NCBI GenBank assembly: GCA_963810095.1
Contig: CAWEMM010000006.1
Span: 384,001-448,000, forward strand
Length of the DNA: 64,000 nt
Origin: an uncultured Chloroflexia bacterium
Lineage (GTDB): Bacteria > Chloroflexota > Anaerolineae > CG2-30-64-16
Direction of reading: 5' to 3'
The notes below the pieces were generated by a model that saw only the letters and a program-made list of their open reading frames with translations, was not told the origin of the DNA and made no database searches. Positions within the stretch are counted from its first letter, which is position 1, and every line of letters begins with the position of its first letter. A program made the translations under genes and the position numbers. Shown piece after piece: positions 1 to 9,963 of the stretch.

Positions 1-392
1 TGATGCAGGAGTTGGGCACCCAGCCGTCCGACTACAAGTATGTCGTGCTGCACCAGCCCAACACCAAGTTTCCGCAGCGGGCGGCGCAACTCCTCGGCTT
101 TGCGCCTGAACAGCTCAAGACGGGGCTGCTGTGCCCCGTCATCGGCAATACCTATGCGGGCTCGTCGCTCATCGGCCTGACCGCAATCCTGGACGAGGCC
201 CAGCCCGGCGACCGCATTTTCATGGTCTCCTTCGGCTCGGGCGCCGGCTCTGATGCTTTCTCGCTGCACGTGACCGACCGCATTCTCGAAGTGCGCGACC
301 GGGCGCCGAAAACGCAGGAATACATCGGGCGCCGCAAAGTGATTGATTATGCGACTTACGTGCGTTTCCGCCATAAGCTGCAGATGAACTGA
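1..392 (+). CDS. Hydroxymethylglutaryl-CoA synthase, archaeal type (C-terminal part, truncated by the window)
   Basis: HQPNTKFP, IGNTYAGSS and VSFGSGAGSDAF motifs typical of archaeal-type HMG-CoA synthase; directly upstream of thiolase and DUF35. Confidence 0.9.
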   Translation, partial: MQELGTQPSDYKYVVLHQPNTKFPQRAAQLLGFAPEQLKTGLLCPVIGNTYAGSSLIGLTAILDEAQPGDRIFMVSFGSGAGSDAFSLHVTDRILEVRDRAPKTQEYIGRRKVIDYATYVRFRHKLQMN

Positions 393-400
393 GGCAACAA

Positions 401-1549
401 ATGAGAGACGTTGTCATTATTGGGGTAGGGCAAACGCGCGTCGAGGAGCACTGGAGCCGCTCGCTCCGTCACCTGGCACACGATGCCATCATGGCGGCCA
501 TGCGCGATGCGGACATCGAAACCGCGGACGCGCTGTACGTCGGCAACATGCTGTCGGGCGAGCTAAGCGGGCAGGAGCATGTGGGTGCGCTCGTCGCCGA
601 TTTTATCGGATTGCGCGGCATCGAAGCGATGAAGGTGGAAGCGGCCTGCGCTTCGGGCGCGGCAGCCCTCCGGGTGGGCATGTTCGCCGTTGCCAGCGGC
701 ATGCACGAGATCGTGATGGTGGCGGGCGTCGAAAAGATGACCGACGCGGTCAGCGACGTGGTGACCTCGGGGCTGGCCATGGCGGCCGACCAGGAGTACG
801 AGGTCAGCCAGGGCATCAGCTTTGTGGGGCTGAATGCGCTGCTGATGCGGCGCTACATGCACCAGTACGACGTTAAGCACGAGCATTTCGCCGGCTTCGC
901 CGTCAATGCCCACAAGAACGGGGCGAACAACCCGAACGCGATGTTCCAGAGCCCGATCAAGGCGGAGACGTATCTGCGGGCCGGCATGATTGCCGATCCC
1001 ATCAACCTGATGGACTCGAGCCCGGTGTGCGACGGCGCGGCGTGCCTGATCCTGGCCCCGGCCGATCACTATCGCTCGAAGGCCAAGGCGCACATCCTGG
1101 CGTCTGCCGTGGCGACCGACAGCCTGGCGATCCACGACCGCCGCGATCCACTGACGCTTGACGCCGTCGCCATCTCAAGCCAGAAGGCATACGCCCAGGC
1201 ACGACTGACGCCGGCCGACATCAACCTGTTCGAAGTGCACGACGCGTTCACCATCATGGCGGCTTTGTCGCTCGAGGCGTCGGGCTTCGCACCTAAAGGC
1301 CGGGGGGTCTGCCTGGCCGTCGACGGCGAGATCGGCATCGACGGCCACCTGCCGATCAGCACGATGGGCGGACTCAAGGCACGGGGTCATCCCGTGGGTG
1401 CCACGGGGGTGTACCAGGTGGCCGAGGTCGTAGCCCAGTTGACCGGCACGGCCGGCAAGAACCAGGTGCCGGGCGCGCGGATCGGGATGGCCCAGAACAT
1501 CGGCGGCAGCGGCGCGACGGTCATCACGCATATTCTTGGGGCAGTATGA
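401..1549 (+). CDS. Acetyl-CoA acetyltransferase (thiolase, archaeal/SCP2 type)
   Basis: VEAACASG, EVHDAF, GGLKARGHPVGATG and QNIGGSG thiolase motifs. Confidence 0.92.
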   Translation: MRDVVIIGVGQTRVEEHWSRSLRHLAHDAIMAAMRDADIETADALYVGNMLSGELSGQEHVGALVADFIGLRGIEAMKVEAACASGAAALRVGMFAVASGMHEIVMVAGVEKMTDAVSDVVTSGLAMAADQEYEVSQGISFVGLNALLMRRYMHQYDVKHEHFAGFAVNAHKNGANNPNAMFQSPIKAETYLRAGMIADPINLMDSSPVCDGAACLILAPADHYRSKAKAHILASAVATDSLAIHDRRDPLTLDAVAISSQKAYAQARLTPADINLFEVHDAFTIMAALSLEASGFAPKGRGVCLAVDGEIGIDGHLPISTMGGLKARGHPVGATGVYQVAEVVAQLTGTAGKNQVPGARIGMAQNIGGSGATVITHILGAV

Positions 1550-1559
1550 GACGAGTTTT

Positions 1560-1620
1560 TAGCACAAAGACACCAAGCCACAAAGCTTCAGAACCGTTGT
1601 GCCTTCGTGTCTTTGTGTTA
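1560..1620. repeat. Palindromic element family A (CACAAAGACAC...GTGTCTTTGTG)
   Basis: Inverted arms tagcacaaagacac / gtgtctttgtgtta with short internal repeats; related copies at 4837, 9354 and 31454. Confidence 0.75.
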
Positions 1621-1736
1621 GCGGTCACTCTCTCGCCTGTCAAAAGCTATCATCGCTGGTGAAAAAGGGTACGCTGGTAGATTCTGAAGGGCCAGCTTGT
1701 GTATATTAGAGCGCAGAACTCATAGCACCAGGAGGA

Positions 1737-2144
1737 ATGAGTATGTCTATTCCGCGAAATTGGCGAACCCGACAACAACGCTACAGCCTGAAGGCTGAAG
1801 TTTGCAATACGTGCCACAAGGCCATCTTCCCGCCGCGCGACGTTTGCCCCCACTGCGCCTCCGAGAAGCAGAGCTGGACGAACTTGAGCGGGCAGGGCGA
1901 GGTTTTCTCGTTCACCACCATGTACAACGCACCGTCGGGGTTCGAGGAATACGCGCCGTACACCATGGCGCTGGTCAAGCTCGCCGAAGGACCGATGGTC
2001 ACCGCACAGCTCACCGACGTGGACGCGCAGGACGTCAAGATCGGCATGCCCGTCGAGATGGTCACCCGCAAGCTGACCCAGGAAGGCGAGGAAGGCCAGA
2101 TCCTGTACGGTTACAAGTTCCGGCCGCTCTTGCAGACCGCGTAA
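1737..2144 (+). CDS. DUF35 family Zn-ribbon/OB-fold protein (thiolase/HMGS scaffold)
   Basis: CNTC...FPPRDVCPHC zinc ribbon, OB-fold and a C-terminal YGYKFRP. Confidence 0.92.
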   Translation: MSMSIPRNWRTRQQRYSLKAEVCNTCHKAIFPPRDVCPHCASEKQSWTNLSGQGEVFSFTTMYNAPSGFEEYAPYTMALVKLAEGPMVTAQLTDVDAQDVKIGMPVEMVTRKLTQEGEEGQILYGYKFRPLLQTA

Positions 2145-2180
2145 GCGGCGAGCGCCTGAGCCTGATTGTTGAAATGCCAC

Positions 2181-2213
2181 GAGGGGCTGTCCGCCAGGAC
2201 GCCCCTCTTTTTG
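2181..2213 (+). terminator. Rho-independent terminator after DUF35
   Basis: gaggggc...gcccctc hairpin followed by a T tract. Confidence 0.7.
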
Positions 2214-2240
2214 TTGTCCTCCACCCCCGGCCGTCCGCCG

Positions 2241-2249
2241 TGATATAAT
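2241..2249 (+). promoter_or_regulatory. Extended -10 promoter element for the ROK gene
   Basis: TG-A-TATAAT about 35 nt upstream of the ATG. Confidence 0.55.
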
Positions 2250-2283
2250 CTCTCCAGCACCCGAGCATCCGATGGAGGGCACG

Positions 2284-3279
2284 ATGGCGAAAGAAGCAGC
2301 CGAGAAGCCGGTGGTTGGCGTCGATCTGGGCGGCACGAAGGTCCTCGCGGGCGTCGTCGATCGCGACTACCAGATCCTGGCGACTGCGAAGAAGGCGACC
2401 AAGGGCGAGATGGGCGTCGACGCAGTCGTCGAGCGCATCGCAAAGACCGTGCGCGAGGCGATCAAGGGCGCGGGCTTGCAGCTTGCCGACCTGGGCGGCG
2501 TCTGCTCGGGCGCACCGGGCGCGCTGAACCCGCAGGACGGCATCGTGCGCTTCGCACCGAACATCGAGGGTTGGGAGAACATCCCGTTCGCCCACCTGCT
2601 CAGCGAACAGCTTGGCAACGTGCCCGTGTTCATCGAGAACGACGCGAACCTGGGCGCACTGGGGGAACTGACGCTCGGCTCGGCCCGTGGGGTGCGCAAC
2701 CTGGTGGGTATCTTCGTGGGCACGGGCATCGGCGGGGGCATCGTGCTCGACGGGAAAATCTGGCATGGCTCGCACATGACTGCGGGCGAGCTGGGCCACA
2801 TGGTGATCCTGGCCGAGGGCCCCGTCTGCGGATGTGGGAACCGGGGTTGCCTTGAGAGCGTGGCAAGCCGGACCGCCATCGAACGCGACATCCGGCTTGG
2901 CGTGCGGACGGGCCGCAAGAGCATGATCCCGGACCTGATGAAGGGGGACCTGGGCGCCCGCATTACTTCAGGCGTGATTGCCGCGGCTTACAACGCACAT
3001 GACCCGCTGGTTACTGAAGTGATCGAGCGCGCGCAGCACTACCTCGGCATCTTCATCGGCGCGGTCATCAACTTCATCGATCCGGATATGGTCGTGGTCG
3101 GTGGCGGGGTGGCCGAGGCGCTTGGCGAGCAATATGTCGAGCCGGTGCGCGACGTGGCGTATCAGTATGCGATGAACCGTCGCGACGCGCGTGAGATTAA
3201 GATCGTTCTGGCCGAGCTGGGAGATCATGCTGCGCTGCTGGGCGCGGCCGTGTACGCCCGGCAGCGGCTAGGAGCATAG
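2284..3279 (+). CDS. ROK family sugar kinase (glucokinase-like)
   Basis: VGVDLGGT, ENDAN, GTGIGGG, GELGH and CGCGNRGCLE motifs; no N-terminal HTH. Confidence 0.92.
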   Translation: MAKEAAEKPVVGVDLGGTKVLAGVVDRDYQILATAKKATKGEMGVDAVVERIAKTVREAIKGAGLQLADLGGVCSGAPGALNPQDGIVRFAPNIEGWENIPFAHLLSEQLGNVPVFIENDANLGALGELTLGSARGVRNLVGIFVGTGIGGGIVLDGKIWHGSHMTAGELGHMVILAEGPVCGCGNRGCLESVASRTAIERDIRLGVRTGRKSMIPDLMKGDLGARITSGVIAAAYNAHDPLVTEVIERAQHYLGIFIGAVINFIDPDMVVVGGGVAEALGEQYVEPVRDVAYQYAMNRRDAREIKIVLAELGDHAALLGAAVYARQRLGA

Positions 3280-3281
3280 CC

Positions 3282-3650
3282 CTACTCGACGAAGATTTCC
3301 ACCCGCTCCTGATCGTCCTCGTCGTCCAGGCTGAAGATGCGTCCCTGCGCTCCCTCGCGGATCGCCGACTGGATCACGTTGGCGTCCATCCCGTTGATCT
3401 CGGGGGCAAAGCGCGCGCCCATTTTCAGCGCCACGTCGACCAGCCCGACCGGGATGGTGACGTTGAGCTTCGCCCGTCCGCTCTGCCGGTCCGTCACCTT
3501 GACGCGCAGCCAGCGCGCCGTCCGGTCTTCCGCGCGGGGGGCTCCGCCTGCGGGCCGCAGCGCTTCGAGCAAACGCGCACCTTCCTCCGCGGTGATCTGC
3601 TTCTCCGCGATCATCTTTAGAATCCGCATTCGCTCTTCGGCGGTTGGCAT
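3282..3650 (-). CDS. SHOCT-like (YvlB/LiaX N-terminal) domain protein
   Basis: MPTAEERMRILKMIAEKQITAEEGARLLEAL followed by WLRVKV...NVTIP...VEIFVE. Confidence 0.8.
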   Translation of the reverse strand: MPTAEERMRILKMIAEKQITAEEGARLLEALRPAGGAPRAEDRTARWLRVKVTDRQSGRAKLNVTIPVGLVDVALKMGARFAPEINGMDANVIQSAIREGAQGRIFSLDDEDDQERVEIFVE

Positions 3651-3661
3651 CCGGAGTGCTC

Positions 3662-4672
3662 CTACAAGTTGATGTCGTGGGGCCGCACGGCCCGCCGCAT
3701 CGTGATCAGATCGCGCTGCACTTGGAATCCTGCTTCGACCAGTGCCGCAGTTCCGTCCCTGTGCTCGCCGTCGTGGGTGACGATGACGGGCGAGTAGCCG
3801 GCCCGGCCGAGGCACCTAAGCCCCTGGCTCACCAACGCTCGCTCGAGCTGCCCGCGGGCGGGAGGACGCACGGCAAAACGCAGGGTGAAGTAGTCGCTTG
3901 CGAGGCCGGCCCGCGTCTCGACGACACCCATCAACCTGCCGTTCTCCCAGGACGCCCAACGCTCCACCCGATACAGGCCGCTAACCCGGCCCAACCACTC
4001 GCCTGCCAGCTGGCCCAGGCCCAACTGGTAATCGCTCGCACGCACCGGTTCCGCCCATTGCGACAGCGCCGACCGGCTCGCGCGCGCCAGCTCCATCATC
4101 TCGCCGCCCGTCAGCGTGTGCAGTCGCTCCAGCCGCACGTCCGGCTCCCGGGGATGCAGGGGCGGCGCATGCAGGCGGTAAACCGCATCACGCGCCACGT
4201 CCTCGAAGCCAAGCGCCACATACAGGGCGTGCGCCGAGTCGTTGTCCGAGCGCACCTGGAGCACCGTCCAACTCCCCTGCCGCTGGGCCACTTCACGCAG
4301 CGAAGCAAGCATGAGAGCTCGGGCAATACCCTGCCGGCGGTGCGACGGCAGCACCGCGACGTTGCTGATGCGCCAGCGCGAGCCCGCCTGGTCGATGGCC
4401 TGGAGGGTGACGTTGCCCACCACCCGCCCGCCTTCAATCCAGACATGCCCCGAAATGAACTCGTTGAACAGGGCCATGCTCAGCGCATCGCCCAGCATGG
4501 GGCTAAGGCGGCCCACCAACTGCATCTCGCGCAGCGCGCCGCGGCCGCGGGCATCCAACTCGTCCGCAAATACCGTCGCGACCAGGTCGGCCACCTGGCG
4601 CATGTGGCGGCTGGGATCGAACGGCTGCGGCCCTTCGCGGGCCTCAGATCGGGTGACGATAAATGCGGCCAC
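3662..4672 (-). CDS. GNAT family N-acetyltransferase
   Basis: ISNVAVLPSHRRQGIARALM, LQVRSDNDSAHALYVALGF; GTG start inferred. Confidence 0.85.
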   Translation of the reverse strand: MAAFIVTRSEAREGPQPFDPSRHMRQVADLVATVFADELDARGRGALREMQLVGRLSPMLGDALSMALFNEFISGHVWIEGGRVVGNVTLQAIDQAGSRWRISNVAVLPSHRRQGIARALMLASLREVAQRQGSWTVLQVRSDNDSAHALYVALGFEDVARDAVYRLHAPPLHPREPDVRLERLHTLTGGEMMELARASRSALSQWAEPVRASDYQLGLGQLAGEWLGRVSGLYRVERWASWENGRLMGVVETRAGLASDYFTLRFAVRPPARGQLERALVSQGLRCLGRAGYSPVIVTHDGEHRDGTAALVEAGFQVQRDLITMRRAVRPHDINL

Positions 4673-4683
4673 GCCCCACCTTT

Positions 4684-4736
4684 GAGACCGGGTTTCTTCG
4701 AGTCGTTTCGGCCTTGCCTGGAAAACCCGGCTTCTC
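4684..4736. repeat. Palindromic element family C (GAAACCGGGTTTC...GAAACCCGGTTTC)
   Basis: gagaccgggtttc / gaaaacccggcttctc; related copies at 33441 and 56421. Confidence 0.7.
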
Positions 4737-4836
4737 CTCCCACTTTGCCGCTTAGTGTAGAACGTCACCCGTCACAAGTCAAGCGTGCGGCCGTTGCCGA
4801 ATCTCGCGCCGGATTTCGCGCACCGCCAAGGATTCT

Positions 4837-4948
4837 GGAACGCGAAGACGCGAAGCTGGACGAAGATCACGAAGCGCAAAGGGCGCGAAGGGCGCGCCCT
4901 GCGGGCCTGGCCTTCGCGCCTTCACCGTGCTTCGTGGCTTCGTGTTCC
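4837..4948. repeat. Palindromic element family A (long copy)
   Basis: ggaacgcgaagacgcgaagc ... gcttcgtggcttcgtgttcc inverted arms with tandem CGAAG/CTTCG units. Confidence 0.75.
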
Positions 4949-5046
4949 AAACCGAAACCCGCAAAGACCTTGAACTGCGTCCTGTGCACCGCTGTGCGGT
5001 ACAAGATTTCGCGCACGGGCGCGGGCCGGTTCACGATCCCCTCCGC

Positions 5047-6614
5047 TCACGCGCCCAGCGCGCGCAGCAGCGAGTCGGCCTCTTCGGCCGATATGCGCCC
5101 CTCTTCCAGCATCTTCAGGACGGCCAGCTGCTCGGGCGTGGTCGGCCCGGCGGCCTGGGGTGGGCCCTGCGTTGCGGTCGGCCGCGGCGGCTTGGGAGGA
5201 CGAGGCGGCTCGGGCGCCCGTCCGCGGCCCCAGCTTACGCGGCCCGGGCCGATGTTGATCTCGCCCGTTTCGGGGTTAATCCCGGCGGCTGCCAGCGACG
5301 CGGTGACCTGCTGGCGGATGCGCTCGCCCAACCCGCTCAGGTCCGAGAAGGGGTCGCCGCCCGGCCCCCAGCGCTTCTCGCCCGGTCCCCGCACGTCTTC
5401 CCGGCCGCCCGCGGCAGCTTCGATGCGCAAGTCGCCGTTCGCCGTAAGGACCACCCGCACCTTCCCTTCGCCCAGCGCGGCCGTATAAGTCGTGGTGCCA
5501 TCGGTGCTGGGCGTCAGGGGCAGGTTGGAGCGCACGCGGCCCAACGCCCGCACGGTTAGCCGCACGTCGTCCTCGGCCATGAGACGAATGTGTGCGTCTC
5601 CAGAGGTGCTGACCGCGTAACCGTCGGCCGCAAGAAAGGGCCCCTCGAGCTGACTGTCCCCGTGCACCTGAGCGACGTTCAGCGCGCCGCGCACGTTCGT
5701 GGCCCGGAAGTCGCCGGCCACCATCGCGAGCCCCGCAGCCCCCTCGATATCGTTCAGCCGCACATCGCCGTGCGCCACTTCGAACTTCAACCCCGCCGGA
5801 CAATCGCTCGAGCCACAGATCGCCGTGCACGCGCAGGCCCTGCACGTTTCCTGCGTCGGTGACGCGCATATCGCCACTGACCGACTCGACCTGCAGGTCG
5901 CCGCCACTGAAGCGGAAGTCCGCGTCGCAGTCCATCACGTGCATTTCGGCCACGTGTTCCGCCCGGACGTCGCCGTAGATATGCCCGATTTCGACCACGC
6001 CCGTCACGTCTTCGATGCGGAGGTCGCCCATGACGTTCCGAAGGCGCAGGTTGCCCCCGAGCCTGGGAATCTTCAGGTCGCCGAGCGCTTCACCTGCGGT
6101 CACCGACACGCCGGGCGGCACCTCGATCCGCGCTGCGAAACCATCCCGCACGTAGACCCTTTCGCCCTCGATCGCCAGCGATGGCATATCGGGGCCGTCG
6201 CGCTTGACATTCACGATGATTTCCTCGAGGCCCTCTGTCGTACGGATCTTGGCGTCTTCTGACAGGTCGTCGACGATTACCTCGGTAATTCCGGCTGCAC
6301 TGCAGCTTACTCTGTCGCTCATCTTCTTCTCCTGCCGGTGCTTCGCAGGCCGTTCCACCGGCCCCGGCCGCCACTCCTCATAACCCCCGAGGCTCAGCTC
6401 CTCGAACACCGGAGGGGTGACGGTGATTAGTTCGTGCTCCGCCGGCGCCTCGCTCCCACTTACCACAGCCGTCTGTTCGGGTAACGGTTCCGGGCCCGAC
6501 GCCGCTGATGGCTCGACGGCGGATTCGGGTTCTTCGACGGGTTCGCCAGCCGGCGAACTCGCGCTCGCCGAACCGCAGCCGGTCGATAATCTCGCGCAAT
6601 GGCCGCGGCGACAT
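5047..6614 (-). CDS. DUF4097 (Toastrack) beta-repeat protein with C-terminal SHOCT-like helix; apparent frameshifts near 6548 and 5785
   Basis: Repeated V-x-G-D-x-R-I units and a C-terminal EQLAVLKMLEEGRISAEEADSLLRAL; spans three ORF frames; ATG immediately after the DUF2089 stop. Confidence 0.8.
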
Positions 6615-6615
6615 G

Positions 6616-7002
6616 TTACAACGCCTGCAGCTGACGGACCGCATCGGAAGGCGTCACCTTGCCGGCGGCCAGTTCGTCCAGGATGGCCTGGCGCTGCTCG
6701 ACCAGGCGCTGCTTTTCCTCGGCCGGCGGCATCTCTTTGACCTCGTAGCCCATCGCCCGGATCACCTCGTCCAGCCGCGAACGGACCGTCGGATAGGACA
6801 GCTTCAGCTCCTGGGCGACCCAGTTGAGCTTGCCTTCGCAGCGGACAAACAGCTCGACGAACGCGCGGTGCTCCGGGTTCAGCTGCTCGAGCCGCGAGGG
6901 TTGGAACCGCCCTTCGATACTGGTGTCGCAGTTCGGACAGCTCAGCCGCGTGACGGCGAGCTTGTCGCCGCACACCGGGCAGAGGCTTGGGGTGATATAC
7001 AT
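6616..7002 (-). CDS. DUF2089 family protein (Zn ribbon + HTH + SHOCT-like)
   Basis: CPVC...CPNC...IEGRF, FVRCEGKL...LSYPTVRSRLDEVI, ILDELAAGKVT. Confidence 0.9.
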   Translation of the reverse strand: MYITPSLCPVCGDKLAVTRLSCPNCDTSIEGRFQPSRLEQLNPEHRAFVELFVRCEGKLNWVAQELKLSYPTVRSRLDEVIRAMGYEVKEMPPAEEKQRLVEQRQAILDELAAGKVTPSDAVRQLQAL

Positions 7003-7044
7003 AGTCGCGCACTCCCTCCTAACCGGACCATCGTTTCGCGAGCG

Positions 7045-7073
7045 AGTATACGACTGCTTTTACTTTTTGTCAA
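7045..7073 (-). promoter_or_regulatory. Sigma70-type promoter of the DUF2089 operon
   Basis: TTGACA-17 nt-TATACT on the minus strand. Confidence 0.8.
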
Positions 7074-7234
7074 GAGGAAGAAAGAAGATTGAAGTATTGA
7101 TAAAGATTATTGAATCCGCCGGACATGCGCCGGTAGAGGTCGTGCGCAGAGCTTCGGTCTTGGCATCGCGAACGGCCATGCTCTGATTGTGGACCGAATG
7201 CAACGATGTTCCCGGACCTTCATGTAACGAGAAA

Positions 7235-7281
7235 AGACCTTCGGGGTTGCCCGAGCTTCGCTCGGGCAACCCCGAAGGTCT
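7235..7281. repeat. Palindromic element family B (AGACCTTCGGGGTT...AACCCCGAAGGTCT)
   Basis: Perfect 22-bp inverted repeat with a 3-nt loop; related copies at 37156 and 45546. Confidence 0.8.
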
Positions 7282-7314
7282 CTATGACGCGTCGTCTCGC
7301 GTCCTCTTGGGCCA

Positions 7315-7350
7315 GAAAACCGGCAAGAGGGTGTCTCCCTTGCCGGTTTC
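7315..7350 (-). terminator. Terminator of the hrcA-grpE-dnaK operon
   Basis: aaaccggcaag / cttgccggttt hairpin about 20 nt after the dnaK stop, with a short T tract on the minus strand. Confidence 0.65.
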
Positions 7351-7369
7351 ATGATAATCTGCCCGGCCA

Positions 7370-9316
7370 CTACATCGTGCGGTATTCGCCGTCTACGACG
7401 TCTTCGCCAGTGGCGCCGCCGCCCGGCTGAGCACCGCCGTTACCGCCTGGCGCGCCTTGCGGCCCACCGTCGCCCCCCGGCTGGCCCGGGGCGCCCGGCT
7501 GCCCGCCCGCCGCCTGGTGCATCTTCGAGCCGACCTGCTCCCAGGTCGACATGAGCTTGTTCGTCGCGGCCTCGAGCTCCTCCGCACTCGCGCTGCGGTC
7601 GAGCGCGGCCTTCAGCTCGTCCATCGCGTCCTGCAGCGTGCGCTTGTCCGCGTCGGCGAGGTTCGCGCCGTTGTCCTGGACGAACTTCTGCACCTGGTAG
7701 TGCGCGTTGTCGGCCCGGTTGCGCGCCTCGATGTCGGCCTTGCGCTGGCGGTCTTCTTCGGCATGGCGCTCGGCGTCCTTCACCATCTGGTCGACCTGGT
7801 CTTTCGCCAGGCCGCTCGACGCGGTGATCTTGATGCTCTGCTCGCGGCCCGTCGCCTTGTCCTTGGCGCTCACGTGCAGGATGCCGTCCCGGTCGATGTC
7901 AAACGTGACCTCGATCTGCGGCATGCCGCGGGGCGCCGGCGGGATGCCGGTCAGGCGGAAGTTGCCCAGCAGCTTGTTGTCGCGCGCCATCGGCCGCTCG
8001 CCCTGCGTCACCACCACCTCGACCTCGGTCTGCATGTCGCCTGCGGTCGAGAAGACCTGCGTCTTCTTGGTTGGGATGGTCGTGTTGCGCTCGATCATGG
8101 GCGTCGCCACCCCGCCAAGGGTCTCGATGGACAGGCTCAGCGGGGTCACGTCGAGCAAAAGGATATCCTTCACCTGCCCGCCCAGCACGCCGGCCTGGAT
8201 GGCCGCACCGATGGCGACGACCTCGTCCGGGTTGACGCCCTTGTGCGGCTCGCGGCCGAAGAAGCGCTTGACAGCGTCTTGCACTGCCGGCATACGGCTC
8301 ATGCCGCCGACCAGCACCACCTCGCCGATGTCACCCGGCTTCAGCTTTGCGTCGCTCAACGCCTGCTGGCACGGCGCAATCGTCCGCTCGATCAGGTCGC
8401 CGACGAGCTGCTCGAGCTTCGACCGGGTGAGGTTCATCTGCAGGTGCTTTGGTCCGCTGGCGTCCGCGGTGACGAACGGCAGGTTGATCTCCGTCTGCAT
8501 GACCGTGGACAACTCGACCTTGGCCTTCTCCGACGCTTCCTTCAGCCGCTGCAGCGCCATGCGGTCGGAGCGCAGGTCGATGCCGCTCTCGCGCTTGAAC
8601 TCGTCGGCCACCCAGTTGATGATACGCTGGTCGAAGTCGTCGCCGCCCAGGAAGGTGTCGCCGTTGGTGCTCAGCACCTCGAATACGCCGTCGCCCACGT
8701 CCAGGATCGACACGTCGAACGTGCCGCCGCCCAGGTCGTACACGACGATCTTCTGGTCCACCTTCTTGTCGAGGCCGTACGCGAGCGCACTGGCCGTCGG
8801 CTCGTTGATGATACGCTGCACGTCGAGGCCGGCGATGCGGCCCGCATCCTTGGTGGCCTGGCGCTGGCTGTCGTTGAAGTACGCGGGGACCGTGATGACC
8901 GCCTGCGTGACGGGCTCGCCCAGGTACGCTTCCGCATCGGCCTTAAGCTTCTGCAAAATCATGGCCGAGATCTCGGGCGGGCTGTAGTCGCGGCCGCCCA
9001 TCGAAACCCAGGCGTCGCCGTTCGTGTGCTCGACAATCTTGTACGGCAGGATCTTGCGCGCCTTCGCGACTTCCGGGTCGTTGAATCGCCGGCCCATCAA
9101 CCGCTTAACGGAGAAGATCGTGTTGTCGGGGTTAGTGATCGACTGGCGCCGCGCCACCTGGCCGACGAGGCGCTCGCCGTTCTTCGGGTTGATTGCGACG
9201 ACGGACGGGAAGAGCCGCGAGCCTTCCGCGCTCGGGATCACGACGGGCTCTCCGCCTTCCATCACGGCCACCACCGAGTTCGTGGTGCCCAGGTCGATGC
9301 CGACGATTTTGCTCAT
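7370..9316 (-). CDS. dnaK: Molecular chaperone DnaK (Hsp70)
   Basis: [32 protein letters not shown]; full-length 648 aa. Confidence 0.99.
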   Translation of the reverse strand: MSKIVGIDLGTTNSVVAVMEGGEPVVIPSAEGSRLFPSVVAINPKNGERLVGQVARRQSITNPDNTIFSVKRLMGRRFNDPEVAKARKILPYKIVEHTNGDAWVSMGGRDYSPPEISAMILQKLKADAEAYLGEPVTQAVITVPAYFNDSQRQATKDAGRIAGLDVQRIINEPTASALAYGLDKKVDQKIVVYDLGGGTFDVSILDVGDGVFEVLSTNGDTFLGGDDFDQRIINWVADEFKRESGIDLRSDRMALQRLKEASEKAKVELSTVMQTEINLPFVTADASGPKHLQMNLTRSKLEQLVGDLIERTIAPCQQALSDAKLKPGDIGEVVLVGGMSRMPAVQDAVKRFFGREPHKGVNPDEVVAIGAAIQAGVLGGQVKDILLLDVTPLSLSIETLGGVATPMIERNTTIPTKKTQVFSTAGDMQTEVEVVVTQGERPMARDNKLLGNFRLTGIPPAPRGMPQIEVTFDIDRDGILHVSAKDKATGREQSIKITASSGLAKDQVDQMVKDAERHAEEDRQRKADIEARNRADNAHYQVQKFVQDNGANLADADKRTLQDAMDELKAALDRSASAEELEAATNKLMSTWEQVGSKMHQAAGGQPGAPGQPGGDGGPQGAPGGNGGAQPGGGATGEDVVDGEYRTM

Positions 9317-9353
9317 AGCAAACTCCTAACGTGAGCTAACAAACGAATTATTC

Positions 9354-9409
9354 AACGCAAAGGCACAAGGGCACAGTGCCTGTTCTTTGTGTCGTGGTGT
9401 CTTTGTGTT
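9354..9409. repeat. Palindromic element family A in the grpE-dnaK spacer
   Basis: aacgcaaaggcacaagggcac ... gtgtcgtggtgtctttgtgtt. Confidence 0.65.
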
Positions 9410-9423
9410 ATTCAGCCCTTTGC

Positions 9424-9963
9424 TTAGCCTTTGGCGACGCGCACCATGCTGGGGCGCAAGACTTTGTCGTCCAGCTTATACCCGCGGGCCACTTCTGCGA
9501 TGATCTGGCCTTCCCCGTAACCCTCGGCGTCTTCGTGCGTGACCGCATAATGGAGCTTCGGGTCGAACTGCTCGCCTTCGGCGACGATTGGCGTGACGCC
9601 TTCGCTCTCGAGCAAGCCGTGCAGCTTGCGCTCGATCATGCGGAACCCGTTGACCCATTCGCTGTTCGCTTGGTCGGCAGGCACATTGGCAAACGCCCGG
9701 TCCACGTCGTCGACGACCGGAATCAGTTTTTCGAGGACCCGGGCGGCCGCGCTCCGGCGCATCTCGTCCTGCTCGCGCTGCATCCGTTTGCGCGCGTTGC
9801 TCAGATCGGCTACCGACCGGCGCCAGTTGTCCAGGTATTCTGCAGCCTGGGCTTCTGCCTGGGCCAGCTTGTCCTGGAGCTCTTCGGGGCCGCCCCCGCC
9901 GTTGACTGTGCCGGCGCTTGCGTCCGTCGGCTCCAATTCGTCGCCCATTTCGCTGTCGTTCAT
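9424..9963 (-). CDS. grpE: Nucleotide exchange factor GrpE
   Basis: ADLSNARKR, FDPKLHYAV, GYKLDDKVLRPSMVRV. Confidence 0.97.
   Translation of the reverse strand: MNDSEMGDELEPTDASAGTVNGGGGPEELQDKLAQAEAQAAEYLDNWRRSVADLSNARKRMQREQDEMRRSAAARVLEKLIPVVDDVDRAFANVPADQANSEWVNGFRMIERKLHGLLESEGVTPIVAEGEQFDPKLHYAVTHEDAEGYGEGQIIAEVARGYKLDDKVLRPSMVRVAKG

Noticed and set aside
3644-5488. 614-aa plus-strand ORF, and many similar long Arg/Pro/Ala-rich ORFs
   Set aside because: They overlap better-supported genes on the opposite strand, and their composition is typical of GC-rich shadow frames.
7457-9334. 625-aa ORF antisense to dnaK
   Set aside because: This is the well-known antisense shadow frame of GC-rich dnaK genes; it has no independent motifs.
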